A stretch of 64,000 nt of DNA from Collinsella sp. (GCA_041330285.1 JBGKMI010000001.1:304630-368629); one strand, 5' to 3'. Shown: positions 19,349-30,172, counted from the first letter of the stretch. Notes: generated from the sequence alone by a model not told the origin. Numbers and translations are program-made.

Positions 19349-21328
19349 ATGAATCTTCACCTTTCTCAGTCTGATGGCTTTTTGCGTGTGGCGGCGGCGT
19401 CGCCGCAGATTCGCGTCGCCGATGTCGAGGGCAATGCCGAGGTTGCGTTGGCGGCTGTTCGCGCGGCTGTCGAGCGCGGCGTTCGTGCGTTGGTGTTGCC
19501 CGAGCTTAATCTGACTGGCTATACCGCGGCCGATCTGTTCCATAACCGCACATTACTGCATGCCTGCGAGACCACACTGGCACATATTCTCGATGAAACC
19601 CGCGAGTTGCCGATTGTCTTTACCATCGGTCTTCCCGTGGCGGTGGCCGAGAACATCTACAACTGCGCCGCCGTGTGCTGTGCGGGTGAGCTTTTGGGTC
19701 TTACGGCCAAGAAGTATCTGCCCAACTATGGCGAGTTCTATGAGCGCCGTTGGTTTGCTCCGGCGCCTGCGGATCCTGTGTGGGTCGAGTTTGCCGGTCA
19801 GGGTCCGGTTCCGCTGGGTTCGGGGCTTGTCTACCGCTGCTATGATGAGGGCGCCGAGGACCTGGTGCTGGGCGTTGAGGTCTGTGAGGACCTGTGGGTG
19901 CCGGCGCCCCCTTCGACCGAGATGGCGCTTGCCGGTGCGACGGTGATTCTCAATCCGTCGGCCTCGGACGAGATTATCGGTAAGGCAGATTACCGCCGCA
20001 GCCTCATCTCCAATCAGAGTGCGCGCCTGTACTGTGCCTATGCCTATGCAGACGCGAGCGAGGGCGAGTCCACGACCGACATGGTCTTTGCGGGGGAGAA
20101 CCTCGTCTACGAAAACGGCTCCAAGCTCGCCGCGACCAAGCTGCTTACCTGCGACATGGCCGTCGCCGACGTTGACCTTGACCGCCTGGTTGCCGAGCGC
20201 CGTCGCTCGACGACGTGGACGCGCACGGACGATGCGCCGGAGGCCACGACCGTTGAATTTTCGTTTGAGGGCGTGCCGGCAGATGAACCTGTCCTGCGCG
20301 ATGCGTTTGACATCGACCGTGTCTTCCCCCGCGCGCCCTTTGTGCCGGCCGACCATGGCGACCTGGCCGAGCGTTGCGAGACCATCCTCGACCTGCAGAC
20401 CGCCGGCCTCAAGACTCGCCTGGCCCATACGGGCACCAAGGCGGCTGTCATCGGTCTTTCAGGCGGCCTGGACTCCACGCTGGCGCTGCTCGTGACGGTT
20501 CGCGCCTTCGATGCACTGGGACTGCCGCGCACCGGTATCACGGCCGTGTCCATGCCCGGCTTTGGCACGACGCATCGCACCAAGTCGAATGCCGAGTCGC
20601 TCGCCCGCGACTTGGGTGTGAGCTTCCGCGAGGTTTCGATCCACGCGGCTGTGGAACAGCACTTCAAGGACATTGAGCACGATCCGGCCGTGCAGGACGT
20701 GACCTACGAGAACAGCCAGGCGCGCGAGCGTACGCAGATTTTGATGGATCTGGCCAACCAGGCTGGCGGTTTTGTCATCGGCACGGGCGATCTGTCGGAG
20801 CTGGCGCTCGGCTGGGCTACCTATAACGGCGATCACATGAGCATGTACGCCGTCAACGCGAGCGTGCCCAAGACGCTTGTGCGCCATCTGGTGCGCTATG
20901 CGGCCGATGTCTTTGGTGGGCGCATTGCCGAGGTCCTGCTCGATATCCTCGATACGCCAGTGTCCCCCGAGCTTCTGCCGCCCACGGGCGATGGCGAGAT
21001 TGCGCAGAAGACCGAGGATTTGGTGGGGCCGTACGAGCTGCACGATTACTTCCTCTATTACCTGCTGCGTTTTGGCTTTGAGCCGGGCAAGATCTACCGC
21101 ATGGCGCTCAAGAGCTTTGAGGGCGTCTACGACGCCAAGACTGTTCACACGTGGTTGCGTACGTTCTACCGTCGCTTCTTTGCCCAGCAGTTTAAGCGCA
21201 GCTGTCTGCCCGATGGTCCCAAGGTGGGCTCGGTGACACTCAGTCCGCGCGGTGATTGGCGTATGCCGAGTGACGCCAGCTCGCATCTGTGGCTTGCGCA
21301 GATCGACGCGCTCGATGCAGTTGACTAA
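19349..21328 (+). CDS. nadE: Glutamine-dependent NAD+ synthetase
   Basis: Nitrilase domain (LPEL, KKYLPNYGEFYE, EVCEDLW) plus SGGLDS, ENSQARER and QQFKRSCLPDGPK. Confidence 0.95.
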   Translation: MNLHLSQSDGFLRVAAASPQIRVADVEGNAEVALAAVRAAVERGVRALVLPELNLTGYTAADLFHNRTLLHACETTLAHILDETRELPIVFTIGLPVAVAENIYNCAAVCCAGELLGLTAKKYLPNYGEFYERRWFAPAPADPVWVEFAGQGPVPLGSGLVYRCYDEGAEDLVLGVEVCEDLWVPAPPSTEMALAGATVILNPSASDEIIGKADYRRSLISNQSARLYCAYAYADASEGESTTDMVFAGENLVYENGSKLAATKLLTCDMAVADVDLDRLVAERRRSTTWTRTDDAPEATTVEFSFEGVPADEPVLRDAFDIDRVFPRAPFVPADHGDLAERCETILDLQTAGLKTRLAHTGTKAAVIGLSGGLDSTLALLVTVRAFDALGLPRTGITAVSMPGFGTTHRTKSNAESLARDLGVSFREVSIHAAVEQHFKDIEHDPAVQDVTYENSQARERTQILMDLANQAGGFVIGTGDLSELALGWATYNGDHMSMYAVNASVPKTLVRHLVRYAADVFGGRIAEVLLDILDTPVSPELLPPTGDGEIAQKTEDLVGPYELHDYFLYYLLRFGFEPGKIYRMALKSFEGVYDAKTVHTWLRTFYRRFFAQQFKRSCLPDGPKVGSVTLSPRGDWRMPSDASSHLWLAQIDALDAVD

Positions 21329-21446
21329 GGTTGGCTAAATTGAACCAATACGGGGGTTGCAAGCGTTACACTTTTGCAATCTGATGGCCCGTATCGCGCG
21401 GCGCTCTTGTCAGAGCGCCGCGTTTTTCATATCGAAAGGTGGCACC

Positions 21447-22610
21447 ATGCAGGCATCGCAGCGTCTCGACCGCTTTGGCGCGGAGGTCTTCGCCTCGCTC
21501 AACAACAAGCTCCTCGCGCTGAAGGCTCAGGGCAAGACCATTTACAACATGAGCGTGGGCACGCCCGACTTTAAGCCGTACGACCACGTGGTCGAGGCGC
21601 TCACGCAGGCGGCCCAAGATCCCGAGATGTGGAAGTACGCCCTGCGCGACCTGCCTGAGCTTAAGCAAGCCGTGTGTGATTACTACGAGCGTCGCTTTGG
21701 CGTTTCGGGCATTACGCCGTCCATGGTGCAGTCGTGCAACGGCACGCAGGAGGGCGTGGGTCATTTGGGCTTGGCTCTGCTCGATCCGGGTGACACCATT
21801 CTAGTTCCCGATCCGTGCTACCCGGTCTTTGAGGCGGGTGCGAAGATTGCCGATGCCAAGCTCGAGTACTATCCGCTGGTTGCCGAGCACAATTACCTGC
21901 CCTATGTGGCGGGCATCGATCCCGAGGTGGCCGATCGCGCCAAGTACATGATCGTTTCGTTGCCCGCGAACCCGGTCGGTTCGGTGGGCACGCCCGAGGT
22001 CTACGAGGAGATCATCGCTTTCGCTCGCGAGCACGACCTGCTGATCGTCCATGACAACGCATACTCCGACATCGTGTTCGACGGCGAGCCGGGCGGAAGC
22101 TTCTTGCAGTATCCCGGTGCGCTCGAGGTGGGCGTTGAGTTCTTCTCGCTCTCCAAGTCGTTTAACGTCACCGGTGCGCGTATCGGCTTTTTGGTCGGCC
22201 GCGAGGACGTGGTCTCGGCCTTTGCCAAGCTGCGCAGCCAAATCGACTTTGGTATGTTCTTCCCGATCCAGAAGGCTGCTATCGCCTGTCTGAACGGTCC
22301 ACGCGATGAGGTCGAGGCGCAGCGTCTGAAGTACCAGGAGCGCCGCGATGCTCTGTGCGACGGTCTTGAGGGCCTGGGCTGGGAGCGTCCCAACGCGCAT
22401 GGCTCTATGTTCGTGTGGGCCAAGCTTCCCGGTGGTCGCACCGATTCCATGGCGTTTTGCGAGGAGCTTATGGAGAAGGCCGGCGTTGTGGTGACGCCGG
22501 GCGCGAGCTTTGGTCCTTCGGGCGAGGGGCACGTGCGCATGGCGCTGGTCTTGCCGCCCGACCAGATCGCTTTGGCTGTCGAGGCCATTCGCGAGGCGGG
22601 CCTGTATTAG
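21447..22610 (+). CDS. PLP-dependent class I/II aminotransferase (LL-DAP/N-acyl-DAP aminotransferase-like)
   Basis: PANPVG, HDNAYSDI and SLSKSFNVTGARIGF. Confidence 0.85.
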   Translation: MQASQRLDRFGAEVFASLNNKLLALKAQGKTIYNMSVGTPDFKPYDHVVEALTQAAQDPEMWKYALRDLPELKQAVCDYYERRFGVSGITPSMVQSCNGTQEGVGHLGLALLDPGDTILVPDPCYPVFEAGAKIADAKLEYYPLVAEHNYLPYVAGIDPEVADRAKYMIVSLPANPVGSVGTPEVYEEIIAFAREHDLLIVHDNAYSDIVFDGEPGGSFLQYPGALEVGVEFFSLSKSFNVTGARIGFLVGREDVVSAFAKLRSQIDFGMFFPIQKAAIACLNGPRDEVEAQRLKYQERRDALCDGLEGLGWERPNAHGSMFVWAKLPGGRTDSMAFCEELMEKAGVVVTPGASFGPSGEGHVRMALVLPPDQIALAVEAIREAGLY

Positions 22611-22811
22611 AAAGTTGTTTCGGCTCGTCAATAGCTCGAAACCGATTTCGTGCAGTTATTTTACGAATTCTGCAAATAATTTCGGTAAGCGGTCGATATT
22701 TGGCTGCGAATAGGAGCATAATCAAAGTCCCGATTGGATGTATTGGGATTACGGCGAGCCGCTCGGGTCGTTCCCGGGCGGCTTGTTTGTGGAGAGAGAT
22801 GGGAGTTTCTA

Positions 22812-23762
22812 ATGGTTAACGAGAAGAAGGTCGCTATTGTCGGCTGCGGTTTCGTCGGTTCGTCTTCGGCGTTCGCGTTGATGCAGAGCGGTCTGTTCTC
22901 CGAGATGGTTCTCATCGACGTGGACAAGAACCGCGCCGAGGGTGAGGCCCTGGATATCGCGCACGGTATGACGTTTGCCGAGCCGATGAAGATCTACGCC
23001 GGCGATTATTCCGATGTCGCCGACGCCGCCATGATCGTCGTCACCGCTGGCGCTGCCCAGAAGCCCGGTGAGACCCGCCTGGACCTGGTCAATAAGAACG
23101 TCAACATCTTTAAGTCCATTATCCCCGAGATTAAGAAGTCTGGCTTCGACGGCATTCTGCTCATCGTCTCCAACCCGGTCGACGTTCTGACCTACGCCGC
23201 CATTAAGATGTCCGGTCTGCCCGAGGGCCATGTCATCGGCTCCGGCACCGTGCTCGATACCGGCCGTCTGCAGCAGATGCTTGGTGCCCACGTCGAGGTC
23301 GACCCGCGCGATGTCCAGGCCTATGTCATGGGTGAACACGGCGACTCCGAGTTTGTCGCTTGGTCCAGCGCCCAGGTTGCCGGCGTGCCGCTGAACACCT
23401 TCTGCGAGCTCCATGGTCATCTGGAGCATGAGGCTGCCGAGAAGCGCATCGCCGAGGACGTCAAGAACTCCGCCTACACCATCATCGAGAAGAAGCACGC
23501 CACCTACTACGGCGTCGCCATGGCCGTTAAGCGCATCTGCACTGCCGTCATGCGCGATGAGCAGACCGTTCTGCCCGTTTCCTCGCTCATGGTGGGCGAG
23601 TATGGCCTGTCCGATCTTGCCATCTCCATGCCGACCGTCGTTGGCCGCGACGGCGTCGTCTGCCGCGTCCCCGTGCCGCTGAACGATGACGAGCAGCATG
23701 AGCTCACCGTTTCTGCTAAAGCCCTTAAGGACATCATCGACAGCGTCGACTTCTCCTGCTAA
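22812..23762 (+). CDS. ldh: L-lactate dehydrogenase
   Basis: GCGFVG, AQKPGETRLDL, SNPVD, GTVLDTGR and GEHGDS. Confidence 0.95.
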   Translation: MVNEKKVAIVGCGFVGSSSAFALMQSGLFSEMVLIDVDKNRAEGEALDIAHGMTFAEPMKIYAGDYSDVADAAMIVVTAGAAQKPGETRLDLVNKNVNIFKSIIPEIKKSGFDGILLIVSNPVDVLTYAAIKMSGLPEGHVIGSGTVLDTGRLQQMLGAHVEVDPRDVQAYVMGEHGDSEFVAWSSAQVAGVPLNTFCELHGHLEHEAAEKRIAEDVKNSAYTIIEKKHATYYGVAMAVKRICTAVMRDEQTVLPVSSLMVGEYGLSDLAISMPTVVGRDGVVCRVPVPLNDDEQHELTVSAKALKDIIDSVDFSC

Positions 23763-23793
23763 ATCAAGCTCGCTAGAGCGAAAAGCTACAATG

Positions 23794-23829
23794 AAGGCGT
23801 CCGGGTCCACACGGCCCGGGCGCCTTTTT
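23794..23829 (+). terminator. Intrinsic terminator after ldh
   Basis: AAGGCGTCCGGG...CCCGGGCGCCTTTTT. Confidence 0.8.
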
Positions 23830-23889
23830 GGTGCAAAGTAACCTGACCCCAATGCACCATCCCTATACACCATGGTTGATGGGAGGGCC

Positions 23890-25050
23890 ATGTCGGATTC
23901 GCCTAATTTTTTGACCTATGCCCAGACGGCGTTTGATCCGTTTGAGGAGCGGCCGTTCTGCGCGGTGGATAGCCTGGTCTTTGCCTGGTTGTCGTATTTG
24001 CGTTTGCCGGGTGATATGGCAGAGCTGACGAACTGGCAGGGCCTAGACGTACGCGAGCTGCTGCGTGCCGAGTGCTACCGGGACATGATTGACGACTTGT
24101 GGGATCCAGAGGGGAGCAGGGCCTTGTTGGAGGCCGTGGCAGCAAGCCCTCGCTACCGTGGCGTGCACGTTTGCGGCTATCGTGCCGTGAGCGATGTGGT
24201 GGCGACAGAGCAGTTTGCAGCCATGGCGTTCCGGTTTCCGGCGGGGTTTAGCTATCTTTCCTTCCGAGGGACCGACAGCACGATTGTGGGCCGGAAAGAG
24301 GACTTTAACATGGCGTTCCGGTATCCTGTGCCGGCCCAGGAATCCGCGGCGCGTTATGTGGACGAGGCGGCGGATGCGATCGACGGGCCGCTTTTGTGCG
24401 GAGGTCATTCCAAGGGTGGAAACCTTGCGGTGTACGGTGCGGCGATGTGCTCCGATGTCGCCCGTGCGCGAATCGAACGGGCGTATTCCCATGATGGTCC
24501 GGGCTTCGTCGAGGAGTTTCTGAACGGTAACGCCTTTGCCGATCTTTCCGGTCGAATCGACAAGACTCTGCCACGGTCGTCGATCTTTGGCATGATGTTC
24601 GAGACACAGGAGGACTATGCCATCGTTGAGAGCACCGAGTTCAGCCTGCTGCAGCACAATCCCTTTAGCTGGGTGGTTGATGGCCGCGACTTCGTGTACT
24701 GTGAACGCCTGTCCGCCGGTGCTCGATACGTTGATGGCTCCATTCGCGAGATGCTGCTTGCAGTGGGGCCTAGCGAGCGCGAGCGTTTTGTAGATGCGTT
24801 GTTCTCCGTGTTTGAGGCTACGGGTGCTGAGCGGTTTGCGGATATCGCTGGGAATCTGCGCGAGAGCCTGCCTGTGATGCTCCAGGCTGCGCAGGGCTTT
24901 GACGGAGATACGCGCCGCTTTGTCTCGCAGACCATAGTGGCAATCCTTAAATGCGCACTGCTGCCCAAACGACCCCAGATCGACATGTCCGCTGCCGGTA
25001 AGAGTCTGGCAGAACAGCTCGAGGCTTGGCAGTCCGAGCTCCTGCGCTAG
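23890..25050 (+). CDS. DUF2974 (Mbeg1-like) alpha/beta hydrolase
   Basis: EQFAA, FRGTD, GHSKGGNLA nucleophile elbow, DGPGF and QHNPFSW. Confidence 0.85.
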   Translation: MSDSPNFLTYAQTAFDPFEERPFCAVDSLVFAWLSYLRLPGDMAELTNWQGLDVRELLRAECYRDMIDDLWDPEGSRALLEAVAASPRYRGVHVCGYRAVSDVVATEQFAAMAFRFPAGFSYLSFRGTDSTIVGRKEDFNMAFRYPVPAQESAARYVDEAADAIDGPLLCGGHSKGGNLAVYGAAMCSDVARARIERAYSHDGPGFVEEFLNGNAFADLSGRIDKTLPRSSIFGMMFETQEDYAIVESTEFSLLQHNPFSWVVDGRDFVYCERLSAGARYVDGSIREMLLAVGPSERERFVDALFSVFEATGAERFADIAGNLRESLPVMLQAAQGFDGDTRRFVSQTIVAILKCALLPKRPQIDMSAAGKSLAEQLEAWQSELLR

Positions 25051-25152
25051 CCATTGGTGCAAAGCAACCTGTCCCCGATGCACCAATCTTCGATGCGCTC
25101 GGGGAGGGCTCGACCGCTATACTGGTTCGTGCCGAAATCGATCTAGAACGGA

Positions 25153-26166
25153 ATGCCGTATATGAAAATCAATCACGCGATTCTGCATATCCTGGACTTT
25201 GACTCTGCCGTCAACGTTATGAGCCAGCGCGAGCTCGATATCGAGAGTCGTACCGTGCGCAACTTCGTGACCACGCATCTGCGCCGCGCACGTACCTCGG
25301 CCGACAATAAACGCGCCACGTTTGCCGAGAACTCTGCGTTTGGCGGCGAGCTCAAGGGTTATTTCTTTGGCGAGCGCGAGTTCGTGGACCTGTCGCAGCA
25401 GATTGCGGAGTTTATCTCCTCCGAGCTCACCAAAGCCGAGAAAGCCGAGTCCACCGACGTGCTTGTGGCGGACTTTGATGACGATGAGGATGCCCGCTGG
25501 TTTGCCGTGATGCTGCTGGGCTCCAAGCAGGCTTTTATGCACGAAGTGGGCCGCGAGGAGGGGGAGGTGCGCAACGACATCGCGCGCCACTACGCTATTC
25601 TGCCAAACCCCTCGCAAAAGGTGCCGAGCTATGCCATCGTGCGCGCGAGTACCATGGAGATCGGCTACGTGGACAAGAAGCGCAAGATTGCCGGCGAGGA
25701 CCGTATGCTTATCCCCGATGGCCTGCTGCAGTGCGACACGGGTGTATCGGGCAAGGAGGTCATCGACACCGTGACGCGTGTGGTCGAGGAAGTCGCCGAG
25801 GAGCATGGTGCCAATACGGCCGTGGCACTCGCCAAGGTTAAGGCTGCCGTTGCCGAGAAGGTTGAGGATGACGAGGAGCTGCCGCCTTGGGATATCGTCG
25901 ATGAGGTCTTTGAGGACGAACCGGTCATCAAGGAAAGCGTGCGCGCGGCACTGACCGAGGAGAAGGTTCCCGAGCGCGTTCCCGTGGAGCGCAAGCAGGT
26001 CGAGCGCGCTGCCGTGCGCAATCACAAGATCCGTACCGACACGGGTATCGAAATCAGCTTCCCGGCCGAGATGGGTTCGAATTCCGAGTACATCGAGTTC
26101 GTCAACGAGCCCAACGGCCTTATCTCCATCGAGCTCAAGAATATCGGCAGCATCGAGAATCGATAA
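25153..26166 (+). CDS. Nucleoid-associated protein (YejK/NA37-like)
   Basis: AILHILD N-terminus and KIRTDTGIEISFP...ISIELKNI C-terminus. Confidence 0.7.
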   Translation: MPYMKINHAILHILDFDSAVNVMSQRELDIESRTVRNFVTTHLRRARTSADNKRATFAENSAFGGELKGYFFGEREFVDLSQQIAEFISSELTKAEKAESTDVLVADFDDDEDARWFAVMLLGSKQAFMHEVGREEGEVRNDIARHYAILPNPSQKVPSYAIVRASTMEIGYVDKKRKIAGEDRMLIPDGLLQCDTGVSGKEVIDTVTRVVEEVAEEHGANTAVALAKVKAAVAEKVEDDEELPPWDIVDEVFEDEPVIKESVRAALTEEKVPERVPVERKQVERAAVRNHKIRTDTGIEISFPAEMGSNSEYIEFVNEPNGLISIELKNIGSIENR

Positions 26167-26194
26167 GTTGCGTTACGCCTACAGCGAGAAAGCA

Positions 26195-26224
26195 AAGGCC
26201 GAAGCTCCTAGGGGCTTCGGCCTT
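26195..26224. terminator. Terminator hairpin between convergent genes
   Basis: AAGGCCGAAGCTCC-TA-GGGGCTTCGGCCTT. Confidence 0.75.
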
Positions 26225-26299
26225 CTTGTTTGGGGATGAATTGCCCCGCAGGTTGAGCATAAGTCAGCGAAAACGCGGTTTGTCAAAACCGCGTAACTA

Positions 26300-27019
26300 T
26301 TAAAGCTGGCGCAGACCCTCTTCCAGGCCGGTCTTGCTGTCGGTCTTCTCGTCGCGCATCTTGATGACGCGGGCGGGGACACCGGCCACGACGGCACCGG
26401 CGGGGACGTCCTCGACGCACACGGCGCCGGCGGCAACGACAGCGCCTTTGCCTACGTGCACGCCCTCCAGGACCACGGCATTGGCGCCGATCATAACGTC
26501 GTCCTCGATGATGACGGGCGTGGCGCTGGCGGGCTCCACGACGCCTGCCAGCACGGTGCCGGCGCCGATGTGGCAGTTCTTGCCCACGGTGGCGCGGCCG
26601 CCCAGCACGGCGCCCATGTCGATCATGGAGCCTTCGCCAATGACGGAGCCGATGTTGATGATGGCGCCCATCATGATGACGGCATGGTCGCCAATCTCGA
26701 CACGGTCGCGGATGATCGCGCCCGGCTCGATGCGGGCGTTGATACCCTTGAGGTCGAGCATGGGCACGGCGGAGTTGCGGCAGTCGTTCTCTACGTCGTA
26801 GTAGTCGATGGAGTCGGCGTTGGCGTCGAGGAGTGCCTTGAGCTCATCCCAGTCACCAAAGACGGTCTTGCCACGACGACCGCCGTAGACGTGCGCATTG
26901 CCCCACTGGACCTTCATTCCCGGCTTTTCGCGCACGTACAGTTTGACGGGCGTTTTCTTGGGCGCGGTTGCGATGTAGTTGATAATCTCCTGTGCATCCA
27001 TCTCGGCTGCATTACTCAT
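26300..27019 (-). CDS. dapH: Tetrahydrodipicolinate N-acetyltransferase
   Basis: [44 protein letters not shown] and hexapeptide repeats. Confidence 0.92.
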   Translation of the reverse strand: MSNAAEMDAQEIINYIATAPKKTPVKLYVREKPGMKVQWGNAHVYGGRRGKTVFGDWDELKALLDANADSIDYYDVENDCRNSAVPMLDLKGINARIEPGAIIRDRVEIGDHAVIMMGAIINIGSVIGEGSMIDMGAVLGGRATVGKNCHIGAGTVLAGVVEPASATPVIIEDDVMIGANAVVLEGVHVGKGAVVAAGAVCVEDVPAGAVVAGVPARVIKMRDEKTDSKTGLEEGLRQL

Positions 27020-27058
27020 TTGCTGTCTCTCCTTTGAGTGGATCCGGTTGATACCTGG

Positions 27059-27799
27059 TTAGGCAAACATGACCTGGTCGAACGTATAGAAGCCAGGCTC
27101 GCGGGTGACGAGCTTCTGCGCGGCTGCCAGGGCGCCGTTGACGAAGATCTGACGGCTCGTGGCGCGGTGCGTGAGCGTGACCTCCTCGTCCTGGCCGAAA
27201 AAGCTTACCTCGTGCACGCCGGCGACGGTGCCGCCGCGCAGCGAGTGCATGCCGATCTCCTTGGGGTCGCGCGCGCCGCACATGCCCTCGCGGCCATAGA
27301 CGGGGTGGTAGCCAGCCTCAGGCTCGGCCTCGACCACGGCGTCGAGTAGCAGCTTGGCGGTGCCGCTGGGAGCGTCGACCTTTTGGCTGTGGTGCGTCTC
27401 GACAATCTCGCAGTCAAAGCCGGGCAGCTCGCGCGTGGCCTGGGCAACCAGATGGCGCAGGGCGGCGATACCGATAGAGTAGTTGCCCGAGTGCATAACG
27501 CGGGCGTTCTGACCCAGCTCGCGCAGGCGATCCACCTGCTCGGGCGTATAGCCCGTGGTGCCGGAAACGAGTGCGGCACCCGTGCGCTCGACATAGGCGA
27601 CGACGGCGTCGAAGGTCACGACGTTCGAGAAGTCGATGATTACATCGGCCGTCGGTGCGCTCTCGAGCTCGGACAAGTCGAAGCCGATCTGGGCGACGAT
27701 GTCAAAAACGGGCTGCCCGGCGGCGTCGACAACGCCCTCGGCGGTAGTGCGGATGAGCGAGCCCATGCGACCCGTTCCCATAATGACGGTCTTAATCAA
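27059..27799 (-). CDS. dapB: 4-hydroxy-tetrahydrodipicolinate reductase
   Basis: GTGRMG, IDFS, GTTG and ETHH..KVDAPSGTA. Confidence 0.95.
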   Translation of the reverse strand: MIKTVIMGTGRMGSLIRTTAEGVVDAAGQPVFDIVAQIGFDLSELESAPTADVIIDFSNVVTFDAVVAYVERTGAALVSGTTGYTPEQVDRLRELGQNARVMHSGNYSIGIAALRHLVAQATRELPGFDCEIVETHHSQKVDAPSGTAKLLLDAVVEAEPEAGYHPVYGREGMCGARDPKEIGMHSLRGGTVAGVHEVSFFGQDEEVTLTHRATSRQIFVNGALAAAQKLVTREPGFYTFDQVMFA

Positions 27800-30101
27800 G
27801 CAGACCAGCTCCCTTCAGAGCATCGGTAAGTGCGGAGCGCGTGTCGTTGGCCATGGGGCATAGCGGCATGCGGTAGTTTGCCTCGATCATACCCATCTGA
27901 GCGAGCGCTTCCTTGACGGGGATGGGGTTGACCTCGCTAAAGAGTGCATTGATGAGCGGCTGACCAGCAATTTGGATATCGCGGGCGCGCTCCACGTCAC
28001 CGTCCAGGTAGGCGCGACACATGTCATGCACGAGCTGCGGCTGAACATCGGCCCACACGCTGATGGTGCCCGAGGCACCCAGGCTCATGAGCGGTACGGT
28101 GAGGGCGTCCTCGCCCGAGTACATGCGGAAGTCGTCGGACAGCAGGTGGGCGATCTTGGCCGCGTAGGCGACGTTGCCCGAGGCTTCCTTAATGCCCATG
28201 ATGTTGGGGTGCGCGGCCAAGCGCTCTACGTTGCGCTCGCTGATGCCGCAGCCGCAGCGGCCGGGGATGTTGTACAGGATGCAGGGAATGTCCACGGCAT
28301 CGGCGACGGTCTTAAAGTGCTGATAGATGCCCTCTTCATTGGCCTTGTTGTAGTAGGGGGTGATGAGCAGCAGGCCGTCGGCTCCCAAGCCCTGGTAGGT
28401 GAGCGACTTGGTGAGCATCGTCTGCGTGGAGTTGGAGCCCGAGCCGGCGATGACGGGGACGCGTCCTGCAACATGCTTGACCACGGCGGCGACGACGGAG
28501 TTGTCCTCGTCATCGGTCATCGTGGCGCTCTCGCCGGTGGTGCCCAGGGTGAGGATGGCATCGGTGCCGTTTTGCAGGTGGAAATCGATAAGGCGTTCGA
28601 GCGCGTCAAAGTCGACGCTGCCGTCCTTTTTAAACGGCGTAACAAGAGCGACGATCGAGCCCTCGAGGTTGCGGATGTCCATGTTCTTCTCCTTCGCGTC
28701 CGCGATCTTGATGCGTTTGTTCCATTGGGCGGCGACTGCCAGGCGTTCGTCCTGGGCGCGGCGACGGGCGCTCTCGGCGCGCGACTTGGCCAGCAGCTCG
28801 CGGCCGCACGGCAGCACGTCGAGTGTGGCAAAGTAGTCGCCCGGGCGCTCGGCGCGACGAATGAGATCTGCCGATCCGTCGGGGCGCAGCAATACCTCGG
28901 CGGAGCGCAGGCGTCCGTTGTAGTTGTAGCCCATGGAGTAGCCGTGCGCGCCGGTATCGTGGATCACGAGCACATCGCCCATGTCGATATGCGGCAGCTC
29001 GCGATCGATGGCGAACTTATCGTTGTTCTCGCATAGGTTGCCCGTGATGTCGTACGTGTCCGTGACGGGTGCCGCAGTCTTGTCGGCGCCGCCAGGCTGG
29101 CCCATCACCGTAATGTGGTGGTAAGCGCCATACATGGCAGGGCGGATCAGGTCGACGGCGCTTGCGTCGACACCGATATAGTCCTTGTAGATCTGCTTCT
29201 CGTGGATGGCCTTGGTGACCAGGCAGCCGTAGGGCCCCATCATATAGCGGCCCATCTCGGTGCAGATGGCCACATCGCCCATGCCGGCAGGAACCAGGAT
29301 CTCGTCGTAGGCCGCATGCACCCCCTCGCCGATGGCGTGAATGTCGTTGGCCTGCTGCTCGGGCAGATAGGGGATACCGACGCCGCCGGACAGATTGATG
29401 AAGGCGACATGTGCGCCGGTCTCGCGCTCCAGGCGCACGGCAAGCTCAAAGAGGATGCGCGCGAGCTTGGGGTAGTAGTCGTTGGTGACGGTGTTGCTGG
29501 CAAGGAATGCGTGGATACCAAAGTCCTCGGCACCCTTGGCCTTGAGCATGCGGAAGGCCTCGAAGAGTTGCTCGGTGGTCATGCCGTATTTGGAGTCGCC
29601 GGGGTTATCCATGATGCCGTTGGAGAGCTGGAACAAGCCGCCCGGATTAAAGCGGCAGCTGACCGTCTTGGGGATGGGGCCCGCAACGCGCTCAAAGAAT
29701 TCGATGTGGCTGATGTCGTCAAAGTTGACGATGGCGCCCAGCTTGTCGGCGAGCTCAAAGTCGGCAGCCGGCGTGTCGTTGGACGAGAACATGATGTCGT
29801 GTCCCGTGATGCCCAGCGAGCGGGCAATCATGAGCTCGGTATAGCTCGAGCAATCGCAGCCGCAGCCGTATTCGTTGAGAATGGAGATGAGCGCCGGGTT
29901 GGGATTTGCCTTGACGGCAAAGTATTCCTTAAAGCCCGGGTTCCATGCGAAGGCGTCGCGCACCTCTTGCATGTTGCGGCGGATGCCCGCCTCGTCATAT
30001 AGATGAAACGGCGTGGGGAACTGCTCGACGATATGCTCGAGCGTCTCCTTGTCCACAAACGGCTGCTTGGCCGCATATGCCTCGTTGGGGGTCAATGCCA
30101 T
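27792..30101 (-). CDS. lysA-dapA: Fused diaminopimelate decarboxylase (LysA, N-terminal) and dihydrodipicolinate synthase (DapA, from about 28682)
   Basis: FAVKANP, SKYG, EMGRY, GNLCEN and DTGAHG, then ALVTPF, GTTGES, PYYNK, YNIP and IKEASG, all in one stop-free frame. Confidence 0.9.
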   Translation of the reverse strand: MALTPNEAYAAKQPFVDKETLEHIVEQFPTPFHLYDEAGIRRNMQEVRDAFAWNPGFKEYFAVKANPNPALISILNEYGCGCDCSSYTELMIARSLGITGHDIMFSSNDTPAADFELADKLGAIVNFDDISHIEFFERVAGPIPKTVSCRFNPGGLFQLSNGIMDNPGDSKYGMTTEQLFEAFRMLKAKGAEDFGIHAFLASNTVTNDYYPKLARILFELAVRLERETGAHVAFINLSGGVGIPYLPEQQANDIHAIGEGVHAAYDEILVPAGMGDVAICTEMGRYMMGPYGCLVTKAIHEKQIYKDYIGVDASAVDLIRPAMYGAYHHITVMGQPGGADKTAAPVTDTYDITGNLCENNDKFAIDRELPHIDMGDVLVIHDTGAHGYSMGYNYNGRLRSAEVLLRPDGSADLIRRAERPGDYFATLDVLPCGRELLAKSRAESARRRAQDERLAVAAQWNKRIKIADAKEKNMDIRNLEGSIVALVTPFKKDGSVDFDALERLIDFHLQNGTDAILTLGTTGESATMTDDEDNSVVAAVVKHVAGRVPVIAGSGSNSTQTMLTKSLTYQGLGADGLLLITPYYNKANEEGIYQHFKTVADAVDIPCILYNIPGRCGCGISERNVERLAAHPNIMGIKEASGNVAYAAKIAHLLSDDFRMYSGEDALTVPLMSLGASGTISVWADVQPQLVHDMCRAYLDGDVERARDIQIAGQPLINALFSEVNPIPVKEALAQMGMIEANYRMPLCPMANDTRSALTDALKGAGLLD

Positions 30102-30172
30102 GTCCCGTAAACCTCGCTATCCAGACGGCGCCATCTGCGCATCGAATCCGCATAGCGTGGACCCAATGTCCG

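Noticed and set aside
21360..21430. Attenuator upstream of the aminotransferase
   Set aside because: No leader peptide or aptamer is visible. The hairpin is adequately explained as the nadE terminator.
25153..26166. Anti-phage (Kiwa-like) role for the nucleoid-associated protein, or for TatD
   Set aside because: No partner defence genes are adjacent and the context is housekeeping.
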